This document shows, piece by piece, positions 1 to 11,643 of a stretch of DNA of 64,000 nt. A program made the position numbers and the translations under genes. Source of the DNA: Octopus sinensis (taxonomy: Eukaryota); the NCBI RefSeq assembly GCF_006345805.1, contig NC_042997.1, positions 14,942,001 to 15,006,000 on the forward strand, in the 5' to 3' direction. The notes under the pieces were generated by a model. It saw only the letters and a program-made list of their open reading frames with translations, had not been told where the DNA came from and did not search any database. The first letter of the stretch is position 1. Each line of letters begins with the position of its first letter.

Positions 1-12
1 TTCAAAAAATAG
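1..12 (+). CDS. 3' end of the penultimate coding exon of an unidentified gene (xTT CAA AAA ATA G)
   Basis: Perfect donor AG|GTAAGA at 12/13. The 103-bp intron has a branch-like TTGAC and ends in tttctctcag at 115. Confidence 0.5.
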   Translation, partial: FKK

Positions 13-115
13 GTAAGAAATTGGGTTTGCATTGTGAGAAATTATTATGTCTCTGTGGTGCGATTCAATAGCAAATTGCTTATATTTATTTTATTGGTAT
101 TGACGTTTCTCTCAG

Positions 116-219
116 CCTCTCCAATAATTACATATGAAAACAAGAGCACTCAGAGAGTGCAAACCTCTGCCAAGGCAACACCAACGTCCTCTCAACAATT
201 AGCGAGAGATGATTTTTAA
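116..219 (+). CDS. Terminal coding exon of an unidentified gene: (A)SPIITYENKSTQRVQTSAKATPTSSQQLARDDF*
   Basis: Phase-1 splice (G|CC = Ala) stays open to TAA at 217-219. AATAAA follows at 235-240. Same frame as track ORF 34..219, whose GTG start lies inside the intron. Confidence 0.55.
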
Positions 220-295
220 AATGAGAATATCTGAAATAAACTCAACTGCTCTCACAAACGAGAATACTAAAAATGAACTTGACCGCTCTCAAAAA

Positions 296-695
296 TTACT
301 CTTACGCTTTTACTCTTTTACTTGTTTCTGTCATTTTGACTGCGGCCATGCTGGAGCACCGCCTTTTAGTCAAGCAAATCGAGCCCAGGACTTTATTCCC
401 TGTAAGCCTAGTACTTATTCTATCGATCTCTTTTGCCGAACCACTAAGTTATGGAGACATAAACACACCAGCATCGGTTGTCAAGCAATGTTGGGGGGAC
501 AAACACAGACACACAAACATACATATATATATGACGGGCTTCTTTCAGTTTCCGTCGACCAAATCCACTCACAAGGCTTTGGTCAGCCCGAGGCTATAGC
601 AGAAGACACTTGCCCAAAGTGCCACTCAGTGGGACTGAACCCGGAACCATGTGGTTCGTAAGCAAGCTACTTACCATATAGCCACTCCTACACCT
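296..695 (-). mobile_element. tRNA-derived SINE, family A, near full length (internal TA/TG microsatellite, CR1-like tail)
   Basis: On the minus strand: A-box TGGCTATATGGTAAG, B-box GGTTCAGTCCC, body GGCACTTTGGGCAAGTGTCTTC, tail GGCGGTGCTCCAGCATGGCC. Other copies at 51.4 and 60.1 kb. Confidence 0.85.
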
Positions 696-729
696 TAGGT
701 GAAAAAAAAAACAGAAAAAAATAATGAAG

Positions 730-913
730 AATCCTTGTCTGGTACCAGATCAATCCCAAAACCTAATCAGTTCGTGCCAGTCATGAGGCCAGACTTCCCT
801 GAAAGTTTCATCTGAATCCTTCCAGTGGTTTTTGAGATATCTTGTCCACGGACAAACAAACAAACAAACATGACTGAAAACAATACCTCCGCCTTTGCGA
901 AGGCAGGGGTAAT
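730..913 (+). mobile_element. 3' portion of a Helentron/HINE-like non-autonomous element
   Basis: (CAAA)n seed, then GAAAACAATA, then hairpin CCTCCGCCTT-TGCG-AAGGCAGGGG, then TAATAA. This layout is typical of HINE ends (recalled). Confidence 0.45.
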
Positions 914-1349
914 AACTGCTGTCAATAACTAAGACTATTGTATAAAGCTTTTAAAGGCTTGCATTGTTTTAACAGTGTAAATAATTACCAGTACAGCCTG
1001 TAATTATTTCTTAAATACAGTCATTTTTAGTTTAGCTTTTATTGAAGGACAAAATAATTGTTAGACAACAGTAACACTGTTAAACTGTAAATAAACACTT
1101 TTCTAATTTTTATTTTTATTCTTTTACAATGTCACAACAATATTAATTATTCATTATCATTTGATTTTAGAAATGCTAAATATCCTCTTAAGTATGTGTG
1201 TGTGTACATGTATGATTGTATGTATATATGTGGTTACATAGATAGATGTATGTTGTCATAAATCAATAATAATTTCTACCAATAAGCATTAGGCCATATA
1301 TATTTTGGAGATGGTATATATTTGATTATATCAACTCCAGTACCAGCTT

Positions 1350-1810
1350 GATAAAGTGATACATCATTTTCTATTGTATTACATGCAATGTATCATGTGT
1401 TAAATGTGATACACCGCTGCAGCACAAGCAATACACTAATACAATGCATCCAGTGTACCATTGTATTAGATCATACCAGAGCATTGCATGCGATAAACCA
1501 ATGCTTTAGATGTGATTAACAGTGCATCCAGATGTAATAATTAATATATATGCAATGCACTACTGCATTACATGCAATAAACTAATGAATTAGATGTGAT
1601 AAAAAGTGCATCAGATGTGATAACCAATGTATTAGATGCAATAAAATAATGCATTGGATATAATAAACTAATGCACTAAATGCAATACACTGCACTAGAT
1701 GTGACCGATCAATTACATGTCCTAAGCCGGTGCATTATATGTGATAAACAAGTGCATTAGATGCAATCCACCAGTGTATTCAATATTATAAACCAGTGCA
1801 TTGCAGCTGT
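1350..1810. repeat. Degenerate ~22-bp minisatellite, consensus about TGCATTAGATGTGATAAACCAG
   Basis: Units such as tgcattacatgcaataaactaa, tgtattagatgcaataaaataa and tgcattatatgtgataaacaag recur in tandem. Confidence 0.75.
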
Positions 1811-2106
1811 GATTAGAAATTAAAGGTATTTTTTCATAAAATACAAGATTGCAAATTGATACTTTTCTCTAGAGTATTAGATTGACTGGGTGGATAAGAC
1901 GTCTGCTTTGCAACCACCTGATACAAAATTTGATCCAACTATATAATATCTTGAGCAACCTTGGTAAAAACTGTGCCAAAGTTATATATACACACATATA
2001 ATGTTTGTATGTGTAAGCCTTTCACAAATGTAAAAGACACAAAGATCAACGAATACCTTCCTGTATTATTCTACTCAAGCTAGTGACACTCCCTTATCAC
2101 ACATAC

Positions 2107-2137
2107 CATCAGAAATATGATAAACCCAATGATTGGC
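2107..2137 (-). CDS. Candidate 31-nt exon of the minus-strand gene (ANHWVYHISD-G/V if phase 0)
   Basis: tttgaaatag|GCCAAT...GATG|gtatgt. Strong donor, weak pyrimidine tract. Confidence 0.2.
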
Positions 2138-2493
2138 CTATTTCAAATTTATAAGCAGTGACATGGTTGGTCACAAAATACAAGATATAAACAAGTTCAT
2201 TTTTTAAATAAGTAAACTGGATTATGTTTATGTATTTGCTTTGCAAGCTTCAAGTATACATGAAAATTAGAACACTAACGGATTTCAAAAGAGCTTGTTT
2301 CATTTTGTATATGTATTATAATAAAACAGACACACATGCTGGAATACACATACATACACATGATCCAATCATGCATTCAAATATATACATCTCTATGTTA
2401 AGGGTTTGCCAATTTTAAAACTTAGTATATGCGTTTTAATATAATTGAGTGTATGTAATGAGCTCAATTCCCTGTTGAAAATACTTCACTTTA

Positions 2494-2634
2494 ATCATCA
2501 TCATCATATTTGTTTAACGTCCGCTTTCCATGCTAGCATGGGTTGGACGGTTCAACTGGGGTCTGGGAAGCCCGAAGGCTGCACCAGGCCAGTCAGATCT
2601 GGCAGTGTTTCTACAGCTGGATGCCCTTCCTAAT
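2494..2634 (-). mobile_element. RTE-LINE 3'UTR tail, 5'-truncated
   Basis: AGGAAGGGCATCCAG motif, then AACCGTCCAACCCATGCTAGCATGG and a (GAT)n tail on the minus strand. Confidence 0.85.
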
Positions 2635-2650
2635 ATCAGTTTCAAATGTT

Positions 2651-2767
2651 TGGTACAAGGCCAGCAAATTTAGGGGAGGGAGTAAGTCAGTTAAATCAAC
2701 CCCAGTCCTCAACTGGTACTTATTTTATTGTGACCTGAAAGGATGAAAGGCAAAGTCCACCTCAGAC
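2651..2767 (-). mobile_element. SINE with Nin-like central domain, partial
   Basis: Minus strand GACTTTGCCTTTCATCCTTTCAGG...AATAAGTACCAG matches the copies at 13.1 and 21.2 kb. Confidence 0.7.
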
Positions 2768-3140
2768 TTCGCTTTAGTATTAAAAGCTTTTCTCAAAGGA
2801 ATTTAATAATTTAAATTATAACCTCTTTTTCTCAACCCTTGAAAAAAACAAGCCAATATTTTTAGTAATTTTATATCATCCTCCCTTAACCGACCAACCA
2901 GCTGTTATAATTACTGAACTCCATTTGGCTTTGATGTTAGTATATAGTGAACTAAATCTGCAACTTGGCTTAAATTCTTTGTCAAAGTATTTTTAACTTC
3001 AGTTTCATTTCATAAATTTCTCTACACAAATGTTTCCTTTCACTAAAAATTTTCATAAAAATTGAATGTTGACAAAATGTATGAGCATCTATGTATGTAT
3101 GTATGTATGTATGTATTCTGTCTGTCTGTCTGTCAGTCTG

Positions 3141-3625
3141 TCATCATTTAACGTCCACTTTCCATGCTGGCATGGGTTGGACGGTTTCACTGAGGACTGG
3201 TGAGCCAGAAGGCTGTACCAGGCTCAATCTGATCTGGCAAAGTTTCTACAGCTGGATGCCCTTCCTAATGCCAACCACTCCGAGAGTGTAGTGGGTGCTT
3301 TTACGTGCCTCTTGCACGAGGGCCAGTCTGGCGGTTCTGGCAACGACCATGCTCAAAAGGTGTTTTTTACATGCTACCTGCACGGGAGCCAGTCCGGCAG
3401 CACTGGCAACAACCATGCTCGAATGTTGTTTTTTACGTGCCACTGGCACATGTGCGTGTGAGGCGACACTGGCAACAATCATGCTCGAAAGGTGCTTTTT
3501 ATGTGCCACCGACACAGGAGCTGATCCGTGGCCCTAGCAACAACCATGCTTGGATGTGCTTTTAATGTTCCCCTGACACACGTGCCAATCAGGTGGTACT
3601 GTGATCGGCCACGTCAGCGATTTTG
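3141..3625 (-). mobile_element. RTE-LINE 3'UTR with several internal ~40-60-bp repeat units
   Basis: Same tail as 2494. Repeated TTTTACGTGCCAC...GGCAACRACCATGCTC units. Confidence 0.85.
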
Positions 3626-3674
3626 ATTTTGATATATATATATAATAAATAGTAATAATGTCTTTTGAATGGTA

Positions 3675-3820
3675 CAACAATGGACTATAATAACTGGTGC
3701 AATTTAATCATCCATAGCCTCATATGATATTTCAGATATAAAAATTCCTACTTCAGATATCCCTAGGAAAATCTGAAGGAGGATGATTAAATTACACCAG
3801 TTATTATAGTCCATTATTTG
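3675..3820. mobile_element. MITE with 35-bp terminal inverted repeats, flanked by TA (Tc1/mariner-like)
   Basis: 3679-3713 is the reverse complement of 3781-3815 with one mismatch. TA at 3673-74 and 3821-22. Confidence 0.7.
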
Positions 3821-3915
3821 TATTATAGTGCATTGTTGTGCCATTCAAAACACATTATTACTATTTATTATTATTGTTTACAAACAATACACAATGCTTC
3901 AAGCAAACTACAATA

Positions 3916-3922
<7 letters not shown>

Positions 3923-3958
<36 letters not shown>

Positions 3959-3967
3959 ACGCACACA

Positions 3968-3999
<32 letters not shown>
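3923..3999. repeat. (CA)n microsatellite
   Basis: Direct inspection. Confidence 0.95.
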
Positions 4000-4000
<1 letters not shown>

Positions 4001-4117
4001 GGGGTGTATGAACAGTTTTGAGCCTTGAAGTCTTGTACCTTCATCAAGTTTTGTACCATCTTTTGCTTTTTTGAAGCTGAAGACTTTTTATACACCCCTC
4101 ATATATATATATATATA

Positions 4118-4498
4118 TTCGGAATCGAAATTGAACCAATCCTATGACTGGCACCCGGCAGATGCTAGGACCCCTGGACTGGAGATACGTAAAAAGCACT
4201 ATCCGAATCGTGGCCGATGCCAGCGCAGCCTCAACTGGCTTCCGTGCAGGTGGCACGTAAAATGCACTAATCCGACCGTGGCCGATGCCAGCCTCGCCTG
4301 GCACCAGTGCAGGTGGCACATAAAAAGCACCCACTACACTCACAGAGTGGTTGGCGTTAGGAAGGGCATCCAGCTGTAGAAACATTGCCAGATAAGACCG
4401 GAGCCTGGTGCAGCCTTCTGGCTTCCCAGATCCCCGGTTGAACCGTCCAACCCATGCTAGCATGGAGAACGGACATTAAACGATGATGATGATGATGA
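4118..4498 (+). mobile_element. RTE-LINE 3'UTR with ~3 hairpin repeat units and (GAT)n tail
   Basis: GGCACATAAAAAGCACCCACTACAC...AGGAAGGGCATCCAG...GATGATGAT. Confidence 0.9.
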
Positions 4499-5056
4499 TA
4501 TATATATATATATATATATAGTTGGATATGCTTTATACTTAGCATTTGGTAAGCTACAAGTTCCTAAATATCCCCTCTCCCTCCAGACTCAACTGAGATA
4601 GTTGTAACTTGTCATATTGTCCCTACTGTGTCTTAACTCCCCAGATTCCATAATAAAGGGTTTTTTTTTTTTAACCATTCCTCAAATTGCATCCCATGTG
4701 AAGCTTTTCCTCGTCCATGTTTTTCCTCTAGTCACCATCCTACAGTTGTTCAAACTGAACATCAACCACAACAATGTCACGAATTTGGGAAGGCAATATA
4801 TCCTCCTCTGACTAACATATATAACAAAAAGTAGCAAGAGTGAAAACCTTGTCAAAACAGACAGTGAAGCATGGTGCAGTCAAACCCTCCAACCCATGCC
4901 AGCATGGAAAATGGGCATTAAATGATGATAATTCAACCAAATATAGAATGAGTGTTTATAAGAGCACCCCAATGCTAACTGCAGCACAATTTGAACTTCT
5001 CAGACAAACAATCATCCTTCAGTTTAAACTTCATTGCCTTCTTACTTTATACAAAA

Positions 5057-5453
5057 CAAGCAGTATCGCCCAGCGTTGCTCGGGTTTGTAAGGGAAATAA
5101 CTATATAAGCATTTTTACAGAGTTATAGCCAAAAAATAGCAAAAAAAAGCATTAAAAATGGAAAAAAAATTATGGTAAATTTTTTTTAAATCGTTGACTC
5201 ATCGTAGACATTTTTAGAGAGTTACTTCCCTTATATAATAGCGAAAAAATGCATTAAAATGGAAAAAAATGATGGTAAATTTTATTTTTAATCGTAGACT
5301 CATCGTAGATGCATGCTAATACCCAGAAGGGCTCGATATGAATCACGACTATAAGATACCCGGTTTTGATTAAACTGCACCGCAAAATGTGGGAGTAGTT
5401 AGGAATCTAAATCGTAGGAGACAGACACACAACCTTACTTTTATATATAAAGA
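5057..5453 (-). mobile_element. Non-autonomous Helitron (397 bp), same subfamily as 27828-28219
   Basis: 5' A|TCTTTATATATAAAAG. 3' hairpin CCCGAGCAACGCTGGG, then CGATACTG-CTTG|T (CTAG mutated). Collinear with the 27.8-kb copy. Confidence 0.85.
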
Positions 5454-6218
5454 TAGAACAAAAGGTCTCGTAACATTCTTCTATCAAAATCCATTAAAAG
5501 ACAAATGTGATATTTCCTTCCTAGCTCTTACAACATAAGTTCAAACCTTGTCTGAAGCATTGATGCTCTGGAAATTTTTTTTTTATATTTGATATCAGAA
5601 AATTGTTACCAGACTTAAAGAGATTTCTTGTGGTTAACGTCTCAGTGTTCCTTGTTGTTAACTATTTTTCTTTTGGTATTTTATTTTAAATCAATGCTAC
5701 CGATCTCAAGCCAAAATTTTTTTTAACTAACATTTCTTTGCTTACATGGGTTATGTGTATGTATGTATACGTTTATGGTTAATCTTAAAGTGTACATATC
5801 TCTTCATGCAGCAGATTGCACACTAACACGAGCTAGTTGTATCTGTAGTATCTGTGGTGTTAATGGACATACCTCATGTTGGTTTCATCAGCCATACTCT
5901 TCCATGCTTGCTTAGGATATGAAGAGGGTATTAATTTTGGATTTTTCCTTCTCCTAAACTGTTTGTTTTCATTGCAGCTAAGGATCTCAGTTTACACTTA
6001 GAAAATTCTATTTAACCCATGGATGGGACCCTGACAGGTACTACCATTCCAGATCAGAATGGACCTGAGAGTAATGATAACTAATGGGTGACTTCTCAAA
6101 CTGGGGCCTCAACACTGGATGCAGATTAATGTCATACCAAGGACATATATGTATACACACACACACACACACACACACAATCATATATTCACTAATTAAC
6201 ATTCATATAAGTTCTTAC

Positions 6219-6236
6219 CTTTTCTTCTAACAAGTC
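6219..6236 (-). CDS. Candidate 18-nt micro-exon (DLLEEK in phase 0)
   Basis: ctaac branch...atttgattttag|GACTTGTTAGAAGAAAAG|gtaaga. Consensus AAG|GTAAGA donor; length divisible by 3. Confidence 0.4.
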
Positions 6237-6669
6237 CTAAAATCAAATGTTGTTTATTGATGTGTGCAGTTAGATTAAAGCAAGACATAGCTGAAGTATT
6301 AAGCATGTAGGTCACAGTTATTTGATCATTTAGCCCACAAATATACATTCACAGATACAATATTCTGACCTCTTTTTCAAGCAGTATTTTATTCTTTTTA
6401 TAAGCTTAAAGATGTTCATAATAATTCAAAGTTTGACCACTATTGTCAGTCTCATAATACATGTAGGGAATCAAAAATCTTTCCAGATAAAACAAGCTTA
6501 TTCCCTTTGTCATTGTATATACAAACGATTACCACAGATGTCCACCTGTTGATATTTATGGCCTGTGTTTCCAAGCCATAATCTGTGCAAGATGAGATCT
6601 CCCATTTACTCTTGATAAAAATGAAGTGGAATCATTTTCATTATTATTTTAACACTAATTGTTTTCATG

Positions 6670-7150
6670 GTAACACAGACTGGAAAGAACTACAGTGTGG
6701 CAAATCTCCACTCATCTTTGTCCTGCAGCAGCTTGTCTGTGGAGTTCAATGACTTGATATTTCATCTCCCTAACTATTCACACATTTTCCTTGATCTTCC
6801 AATAGCCATTTTCACTGTCAACATACAGCATTTTCATTTTTTTTTTCTCTGAGCACTTATTCTCCATTGAATCATATTCTTACTATTTCAGCTGCTTTCA
6901 TCTACACATCAAATGATGCCATTTAATGCCCAACCATTCTCAGGTCACAAGTGCCTGTTTTTCATAATATTACAGATCCAATAGATGTATCATTTCTTTC
7001 CATCGCATCCAATACTAATTAACCTGATAACCATACTTATCTGATACATCTTAAGATCATCTAAAGTGTCTTCACTAAACACTTTTAGAATACTTCTTCA
7101 ATGCTGGATTTAACGCATATAAAAACATGATCTGCTCATGCTTAAAACAT
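6670..7150 (-). mobile_element. Highly decayed RTE ORF C-terminal remnant
   Basis: Broken peptide echoes (GRSRKM..., DKDEWR, WALN) of the C-terminus seen intact at 19.3-19.5 kb. Confidence 0.3.
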
Positions 7151-8471
7151 TGAATTAATACCACATTATCCCATTTATGCTGACTTGTTAAACTGTTGAA
7201 ATAGTTGCTTTTGTTTACCTCCCAGTTCTTTTAATTACTATTTCATTGGTCCCATATGATTTTGCAATCCATTGCTCCTTTAACTATGTTCTTCTTCTCC
7301 ACTAAGTTACACAACCTTATAAAAATTATAAACACATGAACTTTTAAAGGAGTAACGAATTTTTAACTGCTTTGTTAAACGATTCTAACAAATCTCTTAG
7401 GAGCAGAATAACCCATTTTAGGCACTTTTATGCAAGAGATATGTCACTTTATGACTTTACTTCAATAAAATTACAAGTGTTAATCATACAAAATAAGTGA
7501 AGCCATAAGTTAACTTCATGAAAATCGCTACTTATATATCTTTCATCATCACGACTATCTTTTTAATTCCATCCATGAACCTATCTGAAACTATCTTTTT
7601 TTCAAGTGAATCTCATCATAAACAAATGTTTCTAGTAAATTATATCCCTAAATATATTGCAAATGCTTAAATCTCAGGGTATTGAATTTAATTCAATGAG
7701 TCATCAGTTGTGAACTGATAAGTGATAGCCAACTGCTGAAGGATTACTGGTGCTGTTTCCATAGATAGAATACTTAACTCTCAGTAATCAAATACACTCA
7801 ACTATAGAGTATACACCATGCTAAGCATAGTGTCTATTCTATACAGCATAGAATACTCTATAACATAGAGTATAGTTGATTTCTTTTATTTAGTCCAAAA
7901 TGAGATGACCTCCATAGGCTATTGCCTACTGAAGCCATTCCAGACTGAAGAGAGATCAATGAAGTTGATATTCAGCAGGATGATATCTTTGAGTAAAATG
8001 TGAGTATGGAGTGAGTTCCATAGAGTTGTGATTCTAGGATGGAAGGGTTTGGTTAAATGTTATATACAGAGTTTGAAGAATTGTGAGAAGTGAGTACAGG
8101 AACTGTCCTTGAGTGGGGATGTTATAGTTTATAGGTACAGGAAGTATTTGAATTATGAAAGACAATGAAGACAGCAATTACAGAAATTGACTGCAGTGTG
8201 TTTTGCTATAGTAAGTTCAAATAATTCTATGGTAAAACCATTTGAGTGAAATTTCTATCCATGGGAATGTTCTTCAATTTCTCATTAACTTGAAATTTTG
8301 AATGTATTTCAATATGCAATAAAGCCTTTTGCCTATAGATAACAAAAACCAGATATTCTACAAATATCTAAAATAAACTTTTGAGAGAAAAAGAATAAGT
8401 ATGGTTTAGTCACACAAATACTACCAACTGTCTTTGAAATTGCTTTTTATAATTATATATTTTCATTATTA

Positions 8472-8700
8472 AAGTGGCAAACTAGCAGAGCATTGGGCAA
8501 AATACTTTGTAGTATTTGTTCAGATGTTCTGTACTGAACTCAAATCCTACCAAGACCAACTCTGCCTTTCAATCTTTTAGGGCTAAAGAAAAAGAATACC
8601 AATCCAAGGCAAAGGATTTGTGGAACTGCAAGAACATCCAACTGAATGCCTTGTGGTATTTGTTCCAGTTCTTTGCACTCTGAGTTTGAATTTTGCCTTG
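8472..8700 (+). mobile_element. Two adjacent decayed Nin-type SINE heads
   Basis: GCAAAATACTTTGTAGTATTTG...CTGAACTCAAATCC...GCCTTTCAATC and AATGCCTTGTGGTATTTG...CTGAGTTTGAATTTTGCC both resemble the head of the 13.1-kb copy. Confidence 0.5.
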
Positions 8701-9009
8701 GTGTACATGGGTGGTAAATTTAACCCATGATCTGGTTTAACACCACCACCTGGCACTTTGGGTGTCTTTACCAGAGCCCACTCTGCTCCAAGCAATAAGG
8801 CCAGGTTTCTGATTCTAGAGTAATTTTCTCCCTCTTGACTAAAAGATTTTTTTAAAGTCTGTATATTTTTATTTTCTTTATTAATATTTTTTGCAATAAA
8901 GCAGTGGACAATATTATTTGAAAAATATTTGTATTTCAAAATGTAATTAGAAAAAATATATTAATGAAGTTTGTAAATCAAAAAATAAACTTTTTAATTA
9001 CGACTTAAG

Positions 9010-9047
<38 letters not shown>

Positions 9048-9271
9048 TTTTTCAAAGAAAATTTATATATATTCATAAATTTTTATAAGTTGGTATCATT
9101 TTGAAAATATGAAAAAAAAAATTTAATCAAACATTGTAACCAAAAGGAAAATAAAGTTTTGAAATATTTAAGTATTTAAAATTTTTTTTTATTTCATTCA
9201 GTTATCAACAGTAGTCTGATGATTTATGAAGGATAAAGAAAACAAAATGTTGACTTACTGGTCCTCTGTCA

Positions 9272-9660
9272 CCATCATCATCATTCAATATTTGTATTCC
9301 ATGCTGGCATGGATTGGACAGTTCAACTGAATCTAACTGGACTGAGGGATGTGTCGGTCTCCAGTGTCTTCTGTGGTAAGGTTTTTATAGCTGGGTGGCC
9401 CTCCTAATGCCAACCACTTTGCAGAATGTACTGGGTATTTGTTTTTTTCATAGCACCAGCACTAGTGTGGTTATCAAGTAACTAACAAGACAAGATCTCT
9501 TGACAAAGTGAGGGTGCAGTATTGAAGAGGTGGTTCCACGCTAGGTAAAGACCAGCTAAATTAAGAAAGAGGGACAGGAACAAGTGTCTTGCTGCAGAGG
9601 AGAGAGATGGGTGCTCCAAACTTAGTATTTCAGATTTTTCAGGAGACATGGGATGGAAAT
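9272..9660 (-). mobile_element. Older RTE 3'UTR copy including an internal segment
   Basis: Tail motif plus a segment complementary to 20380-20420. Confidence 0.65.
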
Positions 9661-9940
9661 TTCTATGATGGCTGTTGAAAATGGGAACAGTCATGACTGA
9701 GTGGCTATGAGGTTTGCTTTGCCATCCTGGATTCAATTCCTTTGTGTAGCATCTTGAGTAAATATCACCTATCATGGGCCTTGGACAGTCTAAGGTTTTT
9801 TGTGAATGATACATGGTAAATGGGAATGTGGAAGCCTGTCAGATGGTTCGAACCTGTTATTCAAATTGCTAGCTTTGCATCATACTGATTGTACATAAGA
9901 ATAACATTAAGGCAAAATATGTCTGTGGAATATTCAGCCA

Positions 9941-10290
9941 CATCATCATCATCATTATTGTCATTTAACGCCCACTTTCCATGCTAACATGGGTTGGATG
10001 GTTTGACTGAGGACTGGTGAGTCAGAAGGCTGCACCAGGCTCCAATCTGATCTGACAAAGTTTCTACAGCTGGATGCCCTTCCTAACGCCAACCACTCTG
10101 AGAATGTAGTGGGTACTTCTATATGCCACCAGCATGAGAGCCAGTCAGGTGGTACTGGCAACGACCACACTCAAATGGTAGTTTTTACGTGCCATCTGCA
10201 TAGAAGCCAGTCCAGCGACACGTTCAAATGTTGTTTTTCACATACCACTGGCACATGTGCCAGTAAGGTGATGCTGGCAACGATCATGAT
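9941..10290 (-). mobile_element. RTE-LINE 3'UTR with repeat units
   Basis: CATCATCATC...TTTAACGCCCACTTTCCATGCT...GGATGCCCTTCCTAACGCCAACCAC. Confidence 0.85.
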
Positions 10291-10369
10291 CGAATGGTGC
10301 AATTCAGTTGATCAAACAACTGGAATACTCATCATTGAAAGTAACAGTAGTACTTTAACATGTTGCTTG

Positions 10370-10652
10370 TTCCTTCTTGAGCCATGCCTGGCTCATAAGG
10401 GCCAGTTACCCAGTTTCATTGGCATATAGGTTCCCCACCTGGATGGGACACCGGTCTGTTGCAGGAGAGCTGCTAGATGTAAGAGGAAAGAGTGAGAGAA
10501 AGAGTCGGCAAAAGTTTGCCATTACCTTCTACCGGAGTCATGTGGAACTTAGGTGTTTCACTCATAAATACACACATTGCCTGGTCTGAGATTTGAACCC
10601 ACGATCCATCAACCGCAAGTCCACTGCTCTAACCACTAGGCCATGTGCCTCT
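10370..10652 (-). mobile_element. tRNA-derived SINE, family C
   Basis: Minus-strand head GAGGCACATGGCCTAGTGGTTAGAGCAG...GGTTCAAATCTCAGACC. Same family as 50108-50374. Confidence 0.8.
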
Positions 10653-10676
10653 GCTTTGGCATATAGTCTCCATTAT

Positions 10677-10998
10677 GTGAGGGCGCGTGGCTTAGTGGTT
10701 AGGGCATTCAGCTCATGATCGTAAGGTTGTGAGTTCGATTCCCGGCGACGCGTTGTGTCCCTGAGCAAGACACTTTATTTCACGTTGCTCCAGTCCACTC
10801 AGCTGGCAAAAATGAGTTGTACTTGTATTTCAAAGGGTCAGCCTTGTCACTCTCTGTGTCACGCTGATTATCCCCAAGAACTACATTAAGGGTACACGTG
10901 TCTGTGGAATGCTCAGCCATTTGCACGTTAATTTCACGAGCAAGCTGTTCCGTTGATCGTATCAGCTGGGACCCTCGTCGTCGTAACCGGCGGAGTCT
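10677..10998 (+). mobile_element. tRNA-derived SINE, family D (Meta-like domain), full length
   Basis: A-box TGGCTTAGTGG, B-box GTTCGATTCC, central GTGTCCCTGAGCAAGACACTTTA...TTGCTCCAGTCCACTCAGCTG. Confidence 0.85.
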
Positions 10999-11622
10999 TT
11001 AAGTCTCCATTTATTGCTCTACCCAACTCTTCATTATACTCTCATCTATCAATTACTCCTCTCTTATCAGTGGGTCTCCCTATTATCACTCATTCTCTCT
11101 CCCATCAAGCTTCCTGTGTAAAGAAGATTGTCATCACATTTGATTTGCCCGTACTCAATCCTTCTTTATTGCTAGCAATCACTCTCTTTTTCCCTTACCT
11201 GTCACTCCTTATTGATATCCATCATAACCACTCTCCTAACAGTATCCCCTTTCATCACTCTCATATGTTACTTTCCTCTATTTCTCTCTCTCTCCCCACT
11301 TCACTAACTCTCCAATACTCTCTCTCCCTTTCTTTCTTTCTCATTTCCTCTTGTAACTCTTTTCACTTATTATGTCCACCCATTCTATTCCAAACCAATT
11401 TCCTTACCAACAGTCTCTCTCTCTCTCTCTTCTCTCTTTCTCTTTTCTCTCTCATCTAGCACCCTCACCTGGGATCCCTTTCCTCACTCTCTCTTTATTT
11501 ACCGGAGACAAAATGACCATTTGGTAAAAGTAAACAAAACAAACAAACAAAGACAACATGGGATAGTGGGAACTTTTTAGTCATAACAGAGAGAAGAAAA
11601 CTTCTCTTGTGCTAATACTTAC

Positions 11623-11643
11623 ATAAAATGCACCTAGTAAATT
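11623..11643 (-). CDS. Candidate 21-nt micro-exon (NLLGAFY in phase 0)
   Basis: aaattacag|AATTTACTAGGTGCATTTTAT|gtaagt. Length divisible by 3; pyrimidine tract only moderate. Confidence 0.25.

Noticed and set aside
34-115. Signal-peptide-like N-terminus of track ORF 34..219
   Set aside because: It starts at GTG inside a canonical intron; the hydrophobic stretch is the T-rich intron sequence.
1880-1918. Terminal exon GGCKADVLSTQSI* on the minus strand
   Set aside because: It lies antisense within a decayed family A SINE head.
4640-4810. Exon-like SEEDILPSQIRDIVVVDVQFEQL
   Set aside because: Ends in a stop with a weak donor and continues into RTE C-terminal-like sequence.
7798-7879. Cloverleaf-like cluster of hairpins
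   Set aside because: The stems overlap and derive from a short palindromic tandem unit; there are no tRNA boxes.
8583-8939. 118-aa minus-strand ORF as a real exon
   Set aside because: Its 3' third overlaps a decayed Nin-type SINE head, the acceptor is A-rich, and no family is recognisable.
10677-10750. tRNA genes at SINE heads (also 14478, 53139, 63520 and others)
   Set aside because: They have A and B boxes but no complete acceptor stem, and they continue into repeated SINE bodies.
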